From: Patescibacteria group bacterium | GTDB lineage: Bacteria > Patescibacteriota > UBA1384 > XYA2-FULL-43-10 > 1-14-0-10-43-13 | Length of the DNA stretch: 64,000 nucleotides | NCBI GenBank assembly: GCA_041671645.1 | Contig: JBAZBD010000001.1 | Span: 173,365-237,364 of the forward strand | Reading direction: 5' to 3' | Shown: positions 63,132 through 64,000 of the stretch, piece after piece | Layout: the number at the start of each line of letters is the position of its first letter | Numbering within the stretch: position 1 is the stretch's first letter | Position numbers and translations under genes: made by a program | The notes under the pieces: model-generated | Database searches by the model: none | What the model was told of the DNA's origin: nothing | The model's input: the letters and a program-made list of their open reading frames with translations, nothing else

Positions 63132-63653
63132 ATGGGGGATTTCATTGAACGAAACAAAATAGCGATCGGGGTGCTCTTGCTTATTTTGACTTTGGCCAGC
63201 GGCGGGTATTTGCTCTGGCGAGAGAATTATTTGAAGCCCGACACGAGCAAAAGATTGGAAGATGCAGAGAAGCAGATAGCGGAGCTCAAAAATGCCAGTC
63301 AGAAGGCTCCTTCTGTCCAAGAGGTCAAGCCGGAGGAAATAATCCAGGCTGCAGAGGGCAAGAGCGTAGAAACGGCTCCTGCCGCACCTGTGGTAAAGCC
63401 AACCGTCAAAGCTACCGTCCCAGCGCCAGTTGTGACAGCACCGGTTGTTGCGCCAGTCGCTGGGAAAATTAATATCAATACTGCTGATGCAACCGAGCTA
63501 GACAAATTGAAGGGGATAGGCCCAGTATTGGCACAGAGAATTTTGGATTATAGAACGAAAAATGGTTCGTTTAAATCGACTGATGAACTCAAAAACGTCT
63601 CCGGCATAGGAGATAAAATATTTGAGAAGTTTAAGAACGATATAACGATCTAA
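63132..63653 (+). CDS. comEA: ComEA-like competence protein (N-terminal TM plus C-terminal tandem helix-hairpin-helix)
   Basis: The C-terminus INTADATELDKLKGIGPVLAQRILDYRTKNGSFKSTDELKNVSGIGDKIFEK matches ComEA. Confidence 0.8.
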   Translation: MGDFIERNKIAIGVLLLILTLASGGYLLWRENYLKPDTSKRLEDAEKQIAELKNASQKAPSVQEVKPEEIIQAAEGKSVETAPAAPVVKPTVKATVPAPVVTAPVVAPVAGKININTADATELDKLKGIGPVLAQRILDYRTKNGSFKSTDELKNVSGIGDKIFEKFKNDITI

Positions 63654-63654
63654 T

Positions 63655-64000
63655 TTATACGGATAGGACTTCTTGGACTTCTTTGGCCAGAGACCTCTCG
63701 TCATCACGAACCTTGGTAATTTTGGCCAGCATAGCGTCAGCTTTGGTCAATTTGTCTTGCAATTCTTTGATTGAGTCTTCGAGGTCGCCCTTGGCTAGTT
63801 TGATCTTGCTCTCCAAATCGGCCAGATTGTCGCCATCATCGTCATCTGCGGCGGCAACGGAGGAGGTTGGTTTGGCATCATTTTCGTGCATCTTGATCAG
63901 GTCAGCGGCAGCGACAATGCTGTTGTCATCTGATTTTTCGCTGATAGGAGCTGAAACTGGAGCGTCGGCTAAGCCGTCCGAGCCAGCACCAAACTCAAAA
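63655..64000 (-). CDS. Hypothetical acidic coiled-coil protein, C-terminal part (partial; its 5' end lies beyond the window)
   Basis: The minus-strand ORF is open to the window edge: ...AAADDDDGDNLADLESKIKLAKGDLEDSIKELQDKL... Confidence 0.45.
   Translation of the reverse strand, partial: FEFGAGSDGLADAPVSAPISEKSDDNSIVAAADLIKMHENDAKPTSSVAAADDDDGDNLADLESKIKLAKGDLEDSIKELQDKLTKADAMLAKITKVRDDERSLAKEVQEVLSV

Overview
This 64 kb window is a gene-dense chromosomal segment, mostly on the + strand, from a small-genome bacterium. It uses the standard code: TGA stops, ATG/GTG/TTG starts, Shine-Dalgarno sites. The many lineage-specific hypothetical proteins, weak or absent RBSs on some genes, and the gene content suggest a Candidate Phyla Radiation (Patescibacteria)-like organism. 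That lineage call is inference only.

Housekeeping genes I recognise:
- dnaE (N-terminus, partial), rpmA-rplS, yraN, gltX, dnaX, dnaB, rlmN
- a purC-purE fusion and purB
- uvrD/pcrA, a rpfB/yabE-like gene next to ksgA, mntH (NRAMP), rsmI, metG, tatD
- an amidase, iscS-iscU-folD, mnmA, recG, comEA, and two tRNAs (Gln-CUG, Glu-CUC)

Accessory and unusual content:
- an operon of unknowns that includes a very acidic repeat protein and an atypical kinase-like protein
- a HypC-like domain fused to a HydE-like radical SAM protein
- a GGDEF protein
- a type IV pilus/competence cluster: a pilin-like protein, a CheY-like receiver, and a PilB/GspE ATPase with an N-terminal HU-like domain
- a divergent PIG-L deacetylase / GT4 glycosyltransferase pair
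- several unusually long ORF-free stretches (about 32.9-33.7 kb, 35.1-35.5 kb, 40.0-40.5 kb, 44.7-47.6 kb) with strong sigma70-type promoters, long hairpins, terminators and duplicated leader / small-ORF / 3' hairpin cassettes; these are candidate ncRNAs or regulatory RNAs
- a pervasive family of short AT-rich repeats, including a near-identical ~85 bp inverted pair at the dnaE and dnaX starts
- heptanucleotide tandem repeats inserted in-frame into essential genes

All homology calls come from motif recognition by eye. No database search was run.
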